This document shows positions 55,917 through 64,000 of a DNA stretch of 64,000 nucleotides, one piece after another. Made by a program: the position numbers and the translations under genes. Origin of the DNA: Actinomycetota bacterium. GTDB taxonomy: Bacteria; Actinomycetota; Acidimicrobiia; Acidimicrobiales; Acidimicrobilacustridaceae. The notes under the pieces were generated by a model. It made no database searches, had not been told where the DNA came from, and saw nothing but the letters and a program-made list of their open reading frames with translations. Location of the stretch: the NCBI GenBank assembly GCA_016185305.1, contig JACPNV010000050.1, positions 7,040 to 71,039 on the forward strand. Direction: 5' to 3'. Every line of letters starts with the position of its first letter. The stretch's first letter is position 1.

Positions 55917-56597
55917 ATGACGCCATATGAGATCTTGGGGGTTGAGCAGGACGCGCCTATCGACGAGGTCGAGACGTCGTACCGGCTCATGTTGCGGCGG
56001 TTCCATCCGCAGTCGCTCGCGACCGCCGATCCCGCCACGAAGGCAGACGCGGCCATTCGCACTCGCGAGTTGCACTCCGCGATGGCGCAGGTGCGCAAGG
56101 ATCTCCGCGGTGGCGGCCCGCGGACGTGGGGGCTCGAGGAAGCCCTCGACGACGAGGCGCAGGTCGGTTTGGTCGAAAGCGGTGGGCCAGGAGGCGAGAC
56201 AGCCGTGCGGCGCGGGGCGTCGAAGACCGACCCCGATTGGATGCACGACGACCTCCTCGAGCTCGTGCCGTGCCCCTATTGCGGGCAGGGGTTCCTCGAT
56301 CTCGACCCGTTCCGTCAGCACCTCGCAGAGAGCCACGCGTTGCGCCTGAAGAAGCGAAAGCGAGGCCGGCTCGGCCCGTCGGTGCTCGAAGTTCTCGGCG
56401 TTGGACGCTGCGTGGTAGCGATCGTCCTCCTCTTGGCGTCGCTCGCCGTGCTGCTCATCGGGGGACCGGTGTGGCTCGGCATCTTGGGCATCATCATCGT
56501 GTTCTTCGTCCTGCTGTCGGCGGCCCTGCCGAAGAGCTCGAGCGGTGCCTACGGCAAGAAGCGCGTCAAGCAGCACAAGGCGATCCGCTGGTTCTGA
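55917..56597 (+). CDS. J-like domain protein (HPQ instead of HPD) with a C2H2-type zinc-finger motif and C-terminal TM helices
   Basis: MTPYEILGVEQDAPIDEVETSYRLMLRRFHPQS; CPYCGQGFLDLDPFRQHLAESH; IVLLLASLAVLLIGGPVWLGILGIIIVFFVLL. Confidence 0.55.
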   Translation: MTPYEILGVEQDAPIDEVETSYRLMLRRFHPQSLATADPATKADAAIRTRELHSAMAQVRKDLRGGGPRTWGLEEALDDEAQVGLVESGGPGGETAVRRGASKTDPDWMHDDLLELVPCPYCGQGFLDLDPFRQHLAESHALRLKKRKRGRLGPSVLEVLGVGRCVVAIVLLLASLAVLLIGGPVWLGILGIIIVFFVLLSAALPKSSSGAYGKKRVKQHKAIRWF

Positions 56598-56663
56598 CGA
56601 CCGACCTGGCCGTCGGGCCGCTCGTGCGCTCGATCCGCCGGGGATGCTCCACGGGACACGGGC

Positions 56664-57335
56664 TCAGGACGGGCGGTGCGCTGCACTCGCGTCCGCGGCG
56701 GCAAGCGGGTTCGGGGTTGGTGGCGCCACCCGACGCAAGCTGTTGCGGTCGATGTGGTGGAAGGGTTCGTCCGCGCCCGGGATCTCCATGACCCCTTCCT
56801 CCTCGTAGGACCACGAACCGTCGTGATCGATGGTCACGTGGATGCGATAGCTAACGGTGCGGAACGCCCGGTCGAGGAAGGGGTTGGACAGGATGCCGAA
56901 CCGCTCCGAGCCGAGCTCGGCTGTCAGTTCGAGCTCGGTGGCATCGGGTTCGGCGTGCCCGCCGGCGAGGAGAACTTGGGCCCGGGGGATCGCCAGGGTG
57001 AGGATGACGAGGTTCGCGCTCGGCTCCCACAGCCAGTACCCGACCTGGTCGTGAAAGGTCTCGACCTCACCCGGCTTGACGATGTGGATGTGGTAGCGCA
57101 AGCCGTAGAACAGCTGCGGGCCGTTGGTCTGGGGATCGATCGGCTGCAGCTCGTAGCGCTCGACGAAGCCATCGCGGCCCGTGCCGTAGGACTCCGGGTG
57201 CTCATCGGAGCCAGACGTGCCCTCGAAGACCCCGGCCATCGGCGCCAGCGGCCCAAGGTTGGCGAGCGTGTCGGGATCGGCGTCGGGCTCGGTGTAGATG
57301 TCGTCTCCGTAGACGTCGCGGCCAAAGCCAGCCAT
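56664..57335 (-). CDS. Heme-binding beta-barrel (nitrobindin/DUF1794-like) domain protein
   Basis: LAPMAGVFEGTSG...FHDQVGYWLWEPSANLVILTLAIPRAQVLLAGG...YRIHVTIDHDGSWSYEE pattern. Confidence 0.5.
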   Translation of the reverse strand: MAGFGRDVYGDDIYTEPDADPDTLANLGPLAPMAGVFEGTSGSDEHPESYGTGRDGFVERYELQPIDPQTNGPQLFYGLRYHIHIVKPGEVETFHDQVGYWLWEPSANLVILTLAIPRAQVLLAGGHAEPDATELELTAELGSERFGILSNPFLDRAFRTVSYRIHVTIDHDGSWSYEEEGVMEIPGADEPFHHIDRNSLRRVAPPTPNPLAAADASAAHRPS

Positions 57336-57433
57336 GGTTGCTCCGTGTCCTTTGCGGTGTGGGCGATCGACACCTTAGAGGCCCGGCGCATAGATGCGAC
57401 CTGCTCGGCCCGCGGCAGCCAACCAGCAGCCGA

Positions 57434-58669
57434 CTACTCGATTCGCATGCCGCTCATCGCCCTCGCGATCACGAGCTGCTGGATCTGCTCGGTGCCTTCG
57501 AAGATGTCGAAGATCTTGGCGTCGCGGTGCCAGCGCTCTACGGGGTACTCCTTGACGTAGCCGTAGCCGCCGAGGATCTGGATGGCACGCTCGGTGACCC
57601 ACACGGCGGTGCGACCGGCCTTGAGCTTGGACATCGAACCTTCGGCCCACCGGTAGGTGCCGTTGTTCGCCATCCACGCCGCACGCCAGACGAGCAGGCG
57701 GGCGGCGTCGACTTCGGTGGCCATGTCGGCGAGCATGAACGCGATGCCCTGATGCTGGATGATCGGCTTGCCGAACGCGCTGCGCACTGTCGCGTACTCG
57801 AGCGCGTACTCGACGGCGGCACGGGCGACGCCGATGGCCTGGGCGCCGACGGACGGGCGGGTGGCCTCGAAGGTCTTCATCGCGGGTTGCCCGCCACGCT
57901 CACCGGCCGGCTGCGGGTTCTTCAGGGCCTCTCGCGCCCGAGCCATGCGATCGTCGAGCTTCTCCTTGCCGCCGAGCAGGCAGCTCCCGGGGATGCGAAC
58001 GTCGTCGAGCACGACCTCGGCGGTATGTGACGCCCGGATGCCCAGCTTCGAGTACTTCTGGCCTTGCGACAGGCCCTTGGTGCCCGGCGGCACGATGAAG
58101 CTCGCCTGCCCCCGCCCCTTGAGCTCAGCGTCGACGGATGCGACGACGACGTGCACGTCGGCGATGCCGCCGTTCGTGATCCACGACTTGGTGCCATTGA
58201 GCACCCATTCATCGGTCGCCTCGTCGTAGACCGCCCTGGTGCGCAGCGATGACACGTCGGAACCCGCGTCGGGTTCCGAGACGCAGAACGCACCGAGCTT
58301 CACGTCGTCGGGCGTTCCGTAGCACTGCGGCACCCACTCCATCAGTTGCTCGGGCGTGCCGTTGCCGGCGATGGCGGCGGCGGCCAGACCGGTGCCCATG
58401 AGCGCGAGGCCGATGCCCGCGTCGCCCCAGAACATCTCCTCGATGGCGACGGGCAGGGTGAGACCGGTGGGATCGCCTACGGTGGCGCTGGCCACGAAGT
58501 CGAAGCTGTAGAGGCCGATCTTGGCGGCCTCTTGCACGACGGGCCAGGGGAACGCCTCCTTCTCGTCGAACTCCGGCGCCGCCGGCCGGATCACGTTCTC
58601 CGCGAAGTCGTGTACCCATTTCTGGATCTGCACCTGGTCTTCGTTGAGTTGGAGGGAGAAGTCAGCCAT
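57434..58669 (-). CDS. Acyl-CoA dehydrogenase
   Basis: CVSEPDAGSDVSSLRT, GTKSWITNG, IFEGTEQIQQLVIARAM. Start at MADFSLQ. Confidence 0.85.
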   Translation of the reverse strand: MADFSLQLNEDQVQIQKWVHDFAENVIRPAAPEFDEKEAFPWPVVQEAAKIGLYSFDFVASATVGDPTGLTLPVAIEEMFWGDAGIGLALMGTGLAAAAIAGNGTPEQLMEWVPQCYGTPDDVKLGAFCVSEPDAGSDVSSLRTRAVYDEATDEWVLNGTKSWITNGGIADVHVVVASVDAELKGRGQASFIVPPGTKGLSQGQKYSKLGIRASHTAEVVLDDVRIPGSCLLGGKEKLDDRMARAREALKNPQPAGERGGQPAMKTFEATRPSVGAQAIGVARAAVEYALEYATVRSAFGKPIIQHQGIAFMLADMATEVDAARLLVWRAAWMANNGTYRWAEGSMSKLKAGRTAVWVTERAIQILGGYGYVKEYPVERWHRDAKIFDIFEGTEQIQQLVIARAMSGMRIE

Positions 58670-58797
58670 CGCATCTCTCTTCGTGAGTCGGCCATCCTTG
58701 CGCCAGCAAACGGCCGTCAACTGATCGGTTCGCTCGCTGGCGCCGAGGGTCGAGGGTTGTCTTCAGCGCTGTAGGATATTTCTCTGGTGAACGAGTG

Positions 58798-59499
58798 TCA
58801 ACCGACTGCTCGACCGGCTGGCGCTCGGCCCCGTGGCTCCCGTGGCTTCCAGTTGGGCACACCGACGATCGCCAGCCGCATCTGGCGCAACGTCTGCTGG
58901 ATGATCTCTTCGCGTTCGTCGGCGCGCGTGTCGAGCAGTTCGATCGACATCCGGACGACGAGCTCGGTCAGCAAGCCCGCAAGCACGCGGCGGTCGTCCA
59001 TGCTCCAGCGCGCGAGCGCGTCGTAGCCCGCGAGATCGACGGCCAGCTCATCGGTGAACAGCTGGATCTCGCGCCGGATCTCTCGCCGCAGCCGCCGCCG
59101 ACCGCCCCACCGCTCGCGGGCGATGAATCGCAGGTGGAGCTGGTGAGCCAGCACATACTCGGCGATAGCCCGCACCGTCTTGGCGAGCTCGAGACTCTGC
59201 TCGCTCGCCTCGGCTCGCAGCTCACGGATCACGACACGGAGGGTTCCGAGCGATTCCTCGACCAGCACGAGGCCGAGCTCTTCCATGTCTTCGAAGTGGC
59301 GGTAGAAGGCGGTCGGCGACACGCCGGCTTCGCGCGTGACCTCGCGAAGGCTGATGCTGTCGAAGCTGTGCTGCGACAGCAGCTTCAGCGCGGCGGCGAG
59401 CAGCGCCTGGCGCGTCTGCTCCTTCGTCTGCTGACGGGAGACCGGAGCGGCTCGTCGTCGCGGAGTTGACGATCGCTCACCTGACAGGGTTTGAGCCAC
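58798..59499 (-). CDS. TetR-family transcriptional regulator (FadR-like)
   Basis: ALLAAALKLLSQHSFDSISLREVTREAGVSPTAFYRHFEDMEELG; upstream of the ACAD on the same strand. Confidence 0.8.
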   Translation of the reverse strand: MAQTLSGERSSTPRRRAAPVSRQQTKEQTRQALLAAALKLLSQHSFDSISLREVTREAGVSPTAFYRHFEDMEELGLVLVEESLGTLRVVIRELRAEASEQSLELAKTVRAIAEYVLAHQLHLRFIARERWGGRRRLRREIRREIQLFTDELAVDLAGYDALARWSMDDRRVLAGLLTELVVRMSIELLDTRADEREEIIQQTLRQMRLAIVGVPNWKPREPRGRAPAGRAVG

Positions 59500-59603
59500 T
59501 TGGTCGAGTGTACGGCGCTGCCGGTGGCTCCGACAAGTGGGGGCGCATTACCAAGTTGACGCCTGTTCGCTCAAACCTCAGCAGGCCGCGTTCGAACCTA
59601 GAC

Positions 59604-60812
59604 CTAGAAGGTCGCGCCCTGGGGTCGCTTGCGTGCTCGCTTCACCCGATACATGGCGTCGTCGGCGTGTGAGAGCAGCTCGGCGAAGGTCTGCCCGTGC
59701 TCGGGCGCGCGCGAGATCCCGACGCTGCCCGCCAGCCACAACAGCTCGCCGCCGACCGGGTACGGGTTGTCGAACACCGCCAAGACCTTGCGCGCGAGAC
59801 GCTCGACCACGTCGACGTCGCGCACTTCGGGGAACAGGACGAGGAACTCATCGCCCCCGATCCGGCACACCAGGTCAGATGTGCGGACTGCGCCCTGCAT
59901 GCGTGCACCGAGCTGCACCAGCAGCTCATCTCCAACGGCGTGCCCGTAGGTGTCGTTGATCGCCTTGAACCCGTCGAGGTCGACGAACAGCAGCGTCAGG
60001 AAGTCGAGCGCGCCGCGGGCCTCGAGCTCTTCCTCGACACGCATCTCCAAGGCGGCGCGGTTGGCGAGCCCGGTGAGGGGGTCGGCCAGAGCTTTGCGCC
60101 GGATCTCCTCGAGCAGCACCGCCGCTTCGAGCGCCTCGGGCGCGTGGTCGATGTTGTCGTTCGCGAGGTCGACCGCCCACTGCTGGAGCCGGTGCACGCG
60201 GTCTGCCCACGGGTCCGAGCCCGGCGATGGGTCGGCCGCGGCGCGCCACCGAACCTGGAACTCGCAGAGCTCGTCGCCCCGGTGTACGCATCTCGCCTCC
60301 ACGACCGCGCCGATGGCGTTGCGCAGGCTGGGGATGGATGCATAGAGGCCGAGAAGGGTCCGGCAGAGGAACCGTGTGCGGCCCTCCTTTCTCGTCGTCA
60401 CCTCGATCCGGGCCAGGCCTTCGGTGCACTCGACCACCGTCGCGTGGCGGAGCTCGGTCGCGGTGTTGAGGCTTGCGACCACGTCAGGGAAGACCTCTTC
60501 GAGCGAGGCGCCCGCGGGCAACACGAGCAGGGCCCGTTCCTGCAACACCCGGAACAGCTCTTCACCCGTTCGCCGCCCGATGTCGGGCTCGTGGCACAGC
60601 TCGGCCACGGCGATGGCCACCGCGAGCACGACTTCGAACTCGACCCACTCCTCCCAGCTCTCGACGAGCGAGAGCACCTTCTCCGCGCCGACCCGATCCA
60701 TCACCTCACGAACGCCAGCCGGCCCGAGGGCGCGGTCGACGTACAGGACGAGCACCGCGCCGAGCAGGCCGGAGAGATCACCTGACTCGAGACCCCGCTC
60801 GTCTGGCACCAC
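59604..60812 (-). CDS. Diguanylate cyclase (intact GGDEF) with an N-terminal sensor domain of uncertain family
   Basis: DPLTGLANRAAL, DLDGFKAINDTYGHAVGDELL, RIGGDEFLVLF. The N-terminal domain ends ...EARCVHRGDELCEFQVRW (V4R-like pattern, tentative). Start GTG 60812/60809 was chosen to avoid overlap with the divergent gene. Confidence 0.75.
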   Translation of the reverse strand: MVPDERGLESGDLSGLLGAVLVLYVDRALGPAGVREVMDRVGAEKVLSLVESWEEWVEFEVVLAVAIAVAELCHEPDIGRRTGEELFRVLQERALLVLPAGASLEEVFPDVVASLNTATELRHATVVECTEGLARIEVTTRKEGRTRFLCRTLLGLYASIPSLRNAIGAVVEARCVHRGDELCEFQVRWRAAADPSPGSDPWADRVHRLQQWAVDLANDNIDHAPEALEAAVLLEEIRRKALADPLTGLANRAALEMRVEEELEARGALDFLTLLFVDLDGFKAINDTYGHAVGDELLVQLGARMQGAVRTSDLVCRIGGDEFLVLFPEVRDVDVVERLARKVLAVFDNPYPVGGELLWLAGSVGISRAPEHGQTFAELLSHADDAMYRVKRARKRPQGATF

Positions 60813-60944
60813 CTTCTCATCGGCACGAGGCCACCCAGGATGAACCACTGCGGACCGGGCCAAATGGCCCAGCCTGCTGGTAGCCCGAGGTCGGCCTGAA
60901 TCGCATCGAACCGACAAACACGTGCGCTCTGCCAGGATGAGCAC

Positions 60945-61541
60945 GTGCTGAGCCCGTGGTTCGTCCTCGTCGCGGCGGCATTCAACCTCATCGGCATCTT
61001 CTCGTACCTCAAAGCGACGATGCAGGGAGACGCTCGTCCCAACCGTGTGACCTGGCTGCTGTGGGCGCTCGCGCCGCTGATCGGGTTCGCCGCCATGCTC
61101 GACGAAGGTGTCGGGCTGCAGTCGCTGATGACGTTCATGATCGGCTTCGGCCCCCTGCTCGTCTTCGTTGCGTCGTTCGTCAACCCGCGGAGCTACTGGA
61201 AGATCACCCGGCCCGACTATCTCTGCGGGGCGCTCTCGGCGGCTGCGCTCGTCGCCTGGCTGGCGATCCGGGAAGGGAACGTGGCGATCTTGCTCGCGTT
61301 GCTCGCGGACTTCGCCGCGGCGCTACCGACGGTCGAGAAGGCGTACCGCGATCCCGACAGCGAGCACGACATGGTGTTCCTGTGTGGCGCCATCAGCGCG
61401 GCGATCACGCTCTTGACGGTGGACTCGCTCACGTTCGCTGAGGTCGCGTTCCCCGCGTACATCTTGGCGATGTCGGGACTTCTCTTCGTGCTCGTCAGGT
61501 TCCAACCCCGGCGAGCGTCGCGCACGAGCAACGCGTCGTGA
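60945..61541 (+). CDS. Integral membrane protein, unknown function
   Basis: 198 aa, about 6 hydrophobic helices, no recognised motif. Confidence 0.45.
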   Translation: MLSPWFVLVAAAFNLIGIFSYLKATMQGDARPNRVTWLLWALAPLIGFAAMLDEGVGLQSLMTFMIGFGPLLVFVASFVNPRSYWKITRPDYLCGALSAAALVAWLAIREGNVAILLALLADFAAALPTVEKAYRDPDSEHDMVFLCGAISAAITLLTVDSLTFAEVAFPAYILAMSGLLFVLVRFQPRRASRTSNAS

Positions 61542-61586
61542 GACGCGCCGAACTCGTACCGGAGGCTCCTGGTGCCTGCGGTCGGT

Positions 61587-63482
61587 TCAGCGGTTGCTAC
61601 GGAGGTCGCGATAGGGAGGCTCGAGCCCGGCCTTGTCGATGATGGTGCGGGCGGCCTCTGGCCAGACCGTCAGGCCTTCCTGGTTGCCGGCGAGGACGAT
61701 GTTCTCTCCCTCGTTCAAGAGCTCGCGCGTGTCCGAGAAGTTGTCCACGACGACGTTGTCTCGGATCGAACCCGCCCAGATGTGGAGCCAGCGCGGCGAC
61801 GTGGCGATGACGTTCGCGGTCACGGTGAACAACCGTGTCCCCTCGTCGAGGTAGATCGCACCGAACGGGTTCACCTGGTCGTGGATGTAGTTGCGGTCGA
61901 TCACCGAGCCGGGCTGGGCGCTGAGGGTGTAGACGCCGCCGCCGTCCCGTAGCACGCGCAGGAAGTCGGCGATGTTGTTGCCGCGGACGACGTTGCGGCG
62001 CGCGTAGGAGTCGGTGCCCCAGCCCCAGCCGAGCGAGATCGCGGTGTAGGGAAGATGCATCACGTCGTTCTGCAGGATCGAGACGTTCGAGGCGTACGTG
62101 ACGAGGATGCCGACGGCATCGACGTACTCCGCGCCGGCTCGCTGCACGAGGTTGTTGCTGATGTCGAGCCGGTCGAGCCGGTCGCGCTCGTCGCTGGGCC
62201 GGTCGGCGAAGATTGCGGCTTCCCCGACTTGGATCGCATGGCTGGAGATGTCATCGAAGGTGTTGCCGACCACACCGACGGCCTGGCTTCCGGCTCGGAA
62301 GTCGAGGGCCGCGCTGCCGAGACGAGCGAACGAGTTGCGTTCGAAGCGGATGTCGGTCGCGTAGGCGACGCGCACCGCGCCTTCGGTCCGGGCCACGTCG
62401 CGCTCGTCGGGTGGGTCGGAGTCACCGGCGAGGTACCAGCCGGCTTGCGTCATCGGGTAGCCCGTCGGGCTCGACGGCGTGAGCCACGTGTTGTAGCTGA
62501 ACGTGAGCCCGCGAATCGCGACGTTGCGAACAGGGTTGTCGATCGATCCGCTGATGGCGAGGAGTGCCTTCGTGGTCGGCAAGACGGCGGTCGCGGTCTG
62601 AAGGTCTTCGCCGGGTCGCGGCTTGTAGAAGAGGCGCCCCGCCGGCCGGTCGAGATACCACTCGCCGGGCTCGTCGAGCAGCTCGTAGGCGTTCTCGACC
62701 CAGGTCACGTCGACCATCGTGTTGGGATCGCGGGCGTTGACGTTCTTCCAGCAGGGCTGGGCCATCGTCAGCTCGCGGCCAGCGATGGACGCGACCGGGC
62801 AACGCATGTCCTTCCACTCGCGAAAGCTCACGATCTCGAGGTTGTTGGGGTTGCGCCACGCCGCCATGGACTCATCCGGCGCGCGGAATCCCGCGGTGGT
62901 TCGTTGCCAGCCCTGGGGTGACTGCGGTCCGCGGGCACGCGTGGCGCGCGCACCGTTGACGAAGAACTGCCGTGAGTCGAGGGCCGGGTCGACGATCGCC
63001 GCGTAGATCCCGTTCGCCGTGTCCACAAGGGCCCAGTCGCGAACGTCTGTGCCGCCGCTGAGCGTGGGCCGGGCACCGGCGGCCGCTTCGTAGGAGACGC
63101 GGAAGCCATCCCGCCCAGAGTCATTCGAGTCGAGGACGAACGGTTCGGCCAGCGGGTAAGTGCCGTCGGCCAGCCGCACCACGATGTCGCGGCGCTCGCT
63201 GGCTGCCAGCTCGCGGGCGCGTGCTCGGGCGTCGAGCAGAGCGCAGGGCGCGTCGGCCGAGCAGGTCGAGCCGGTTCCGTCCGGCGAGGCAAGCAGCTCC
63301 AGCGGCGGGTTGCTCGGGTCCGGTGCCGGCCAGCTCTGGCGCCACGGCCCGATCGAGGGCCCGCTTGGCGGTCGTGGCGGCGAGGGCTTGGGGCTGCGGG
63401 TGACCCAGATGGTGAGGCCGGCAGCGAGGAGGGCGAGCACGGCCGCCACCACCAAGACGGCGGGCTGGGGCATTCGACGCAC
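61587..63482 (-). CDS. Membrane-anchored right-handed parallel beta-helix repeat protein (pectate-lyase-fold)
   Basis: N-terminal TM (AVLVVAAVLALLAAGLTIWV). Repeated N.I/V..N motifs (VGNTFDDISSHAIQVGE, ISNNLVQRAG, ILQNDVMHLPYTAISLG, VRGNNIADF, IDRNYIHDQ). Confidence 0.6.
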   Translation of the reverse strand: MRRMPQPAVLVVAAVLALLAAGLTIWVTRSPKPSPPRPPSGPSIGPWRQSWPAPDPSNPPLELLASPDGTGSTCSADAPCALLDARARARELAASERRDIVVRLADGTYPLAEPFVLDSNDSGRDGFRVSYEAAAGARPTLSGGTDVRDWALVDTANGIYAAIVDPALDSRQFFVNGARATRARGPQSPQGWQRTTAGFRAPDESMAAWRNPNNLEIVSFREWKDMRCPVASIAGRELTMAQPCWKNVNARDPNTMVDVTWVENAYELLDEPGEWYLDRPAGRLFYKPRPGEDLQTATAVLPTTKALLAISGSIDNPVRNVAIRGLTFSYNTWLTPSSPTGYPMTQAGWYLAGDSDPPDERDVARTEGAVRVAYATDIRFERNSFARLGSAALDFRAGSQAVGVVGNTFDDISSHAIQVGEAAIFADRPSDERDRLDRLDISNNLVQRAGAEYVDAVGILVTYASNVSILQNDVMHLPYTAISLGWGWGTDSYARRNVVRGNNIADFLRVLRDGGGVYTLSAQPGSVIDRNYIHDQVNPFGAIYLDEGTRLFTVTANVIATSPRWLHIWAGSIRDNVVVDNFSDTRELLNEGENIVLAGNQEGLTVWPEAARTIIDKAGLEPPYRDLRSNR

Positions 63483-63558
63483 GCTTCATGTTGGCGTGCC
63501 GACGCTGGCAACGCCTGGTCACGGGCCGGGCGGCGCCGGTGCCGGTAGGGTCCCGGCC

Positions 63559-64000
63559 GTGGAGCCGGAGACGATCCCTGCGCTGCTCGACGCCGCCGCG
63601 GCCGCCCATGGCGACCTGGTCTGGCTGCTCGCCGGCGACGGGTCGTACTCCTTCGCTACCACCAAGGAGCGAGCAGACGCGGTCGGCGCGGCCGCGGCAC
63701 GGCGAGGCATCGGGAAGGGCGACCTCGTGCTGCTGCTGGCGCACAACCAGCCCGCTGACGTGTTCTGCTGGCTCGGGCTGTTGCAGCGCGGCGCCATCGT
63801 CGTCGCGGTCAACCCGAAGAGCACCGCGGGTGAGCTCGCCGGGTTCCTAGCGCAGACGCGTCCGGTGGCGATCGTCCGCGACCGGGCGGTCGATCACGCG
63901 GTCGATCGTGCGGTCGACTCGGTGGCTCGTGGTTCGACCGTGATCGACATCGCCGATCTGCTCGCCGAACCGGCAACCGGCGATCGCCATCGTGTCGCCC
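63559..64000 (+). CDS. AMP-dependent synthetase/ligase, N-terminal fragment (continues beyond the window)
   Basis: My translation: VEPETIPALLDAAAAAHGDLVWLL...ERADAVGAAAARRGIGKGDLVLLLAHNQPADVFCWLGLLQRGAIVVAVNPKSTAGELAGFLAQTRP. Stop-free to the window end, so it is absent from the ORF track. Confidence 0.6.
   Translation, partial: MEPETIPALLDAAAAAHGDLVWLLAGDGSYSFATTKERADAVGAAAARRGIGKGDLVLLLAHNQPADVFCWLGLLQRGAIVVAVNPKSTAGELAGFLAQTRPVAIVRDRAVDHAVDRAVDSVARGSTVIDIADLLAEPATGDRHRVA

Noticed and set aside
59560-59603. tRNA-like GTTCGAACC segment between the TetR and GGDEF genes
   Set aside because: No acceptor, D or anticodon arms can be drawn around it; it is just an intergenic sequence with short inverted repeats.

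Overview
High-GC (roughly 70%) actinobacterial-type chromosomal segment with about 55 protein-coding genes. I saw no rRNA, tRNA or CRISPR array. All calls come from reading the ORF track and my own translations; no searches were run. Many long ORFs in the track are antisense or frame-shadow artefacts of the high GC content.

Layout:
- (i) 1-13.7 kb: a cell-envelope glycan locus. It holds an SDR epimerase, a polyprenyl-P sugar transferase, a GT4 glycosyltransferase, a CapD/WbpM-type dehydratase, a DUF4012 protein, an LAXTG-anchored surface protein and an OafA-type acyltransferase. PqqD/RRE-like peptide-binding domains are fused to the GT4 enzyme and to a partial B12-binding radical-SAM-type enzyme at the window edge.
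- (ii) 13.7-23.5 kb: transporters plus an acyl-CoA metabolism cluster (acyl-CoA dehydrogenase (ACAD), tandem-TetR regulator, family III CoA-transferase, acyl-CoA synthetase).
- (iii) 23.5-27.6 kb: a lower-GC, decayed mobile island. It has an intact AbiEi antitoxin, a twice-frameshifted AbiEii toxin, a tyrosine-recombinase remnant with an internal deletion, and degraded ORFs.
- (iv) 28.4-35.8 kb: a compact class III lanthipeptide locus, the most interesting system here. It has a LanKC synthetase lacking Zn ligands and a 54-aa precursor hidden inside a longer track ORF. The precursor has a VLELQ leader motif and two SxxSxxxC motifs. A co-oriented beta-propeller-like lipoprotein and a divergent 1066-aa STAND/AAA-TPR ATPase complete the locus.
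- (v) 35.9-64 kb: mixed housekeeping and signalling genes. These include a split isobutyryl-CoA-mutase-like B12 mutase under a MarR regulator, PAS-GGDEF-EAL and GGDEF proteins, and CarD. There is also a PP2C phosphatase with an in-frame TAA next to an FHA protein, an FTR1 iron permease and a frameshifted hydantoinase-like gene. Two J-like proteins with degenerate HPD motifs, further acyl-CoA enzymes and a beta-helix protein are present too.

Four genes are disrupted by frameshifts or stops. This could be real decay or assembly error.
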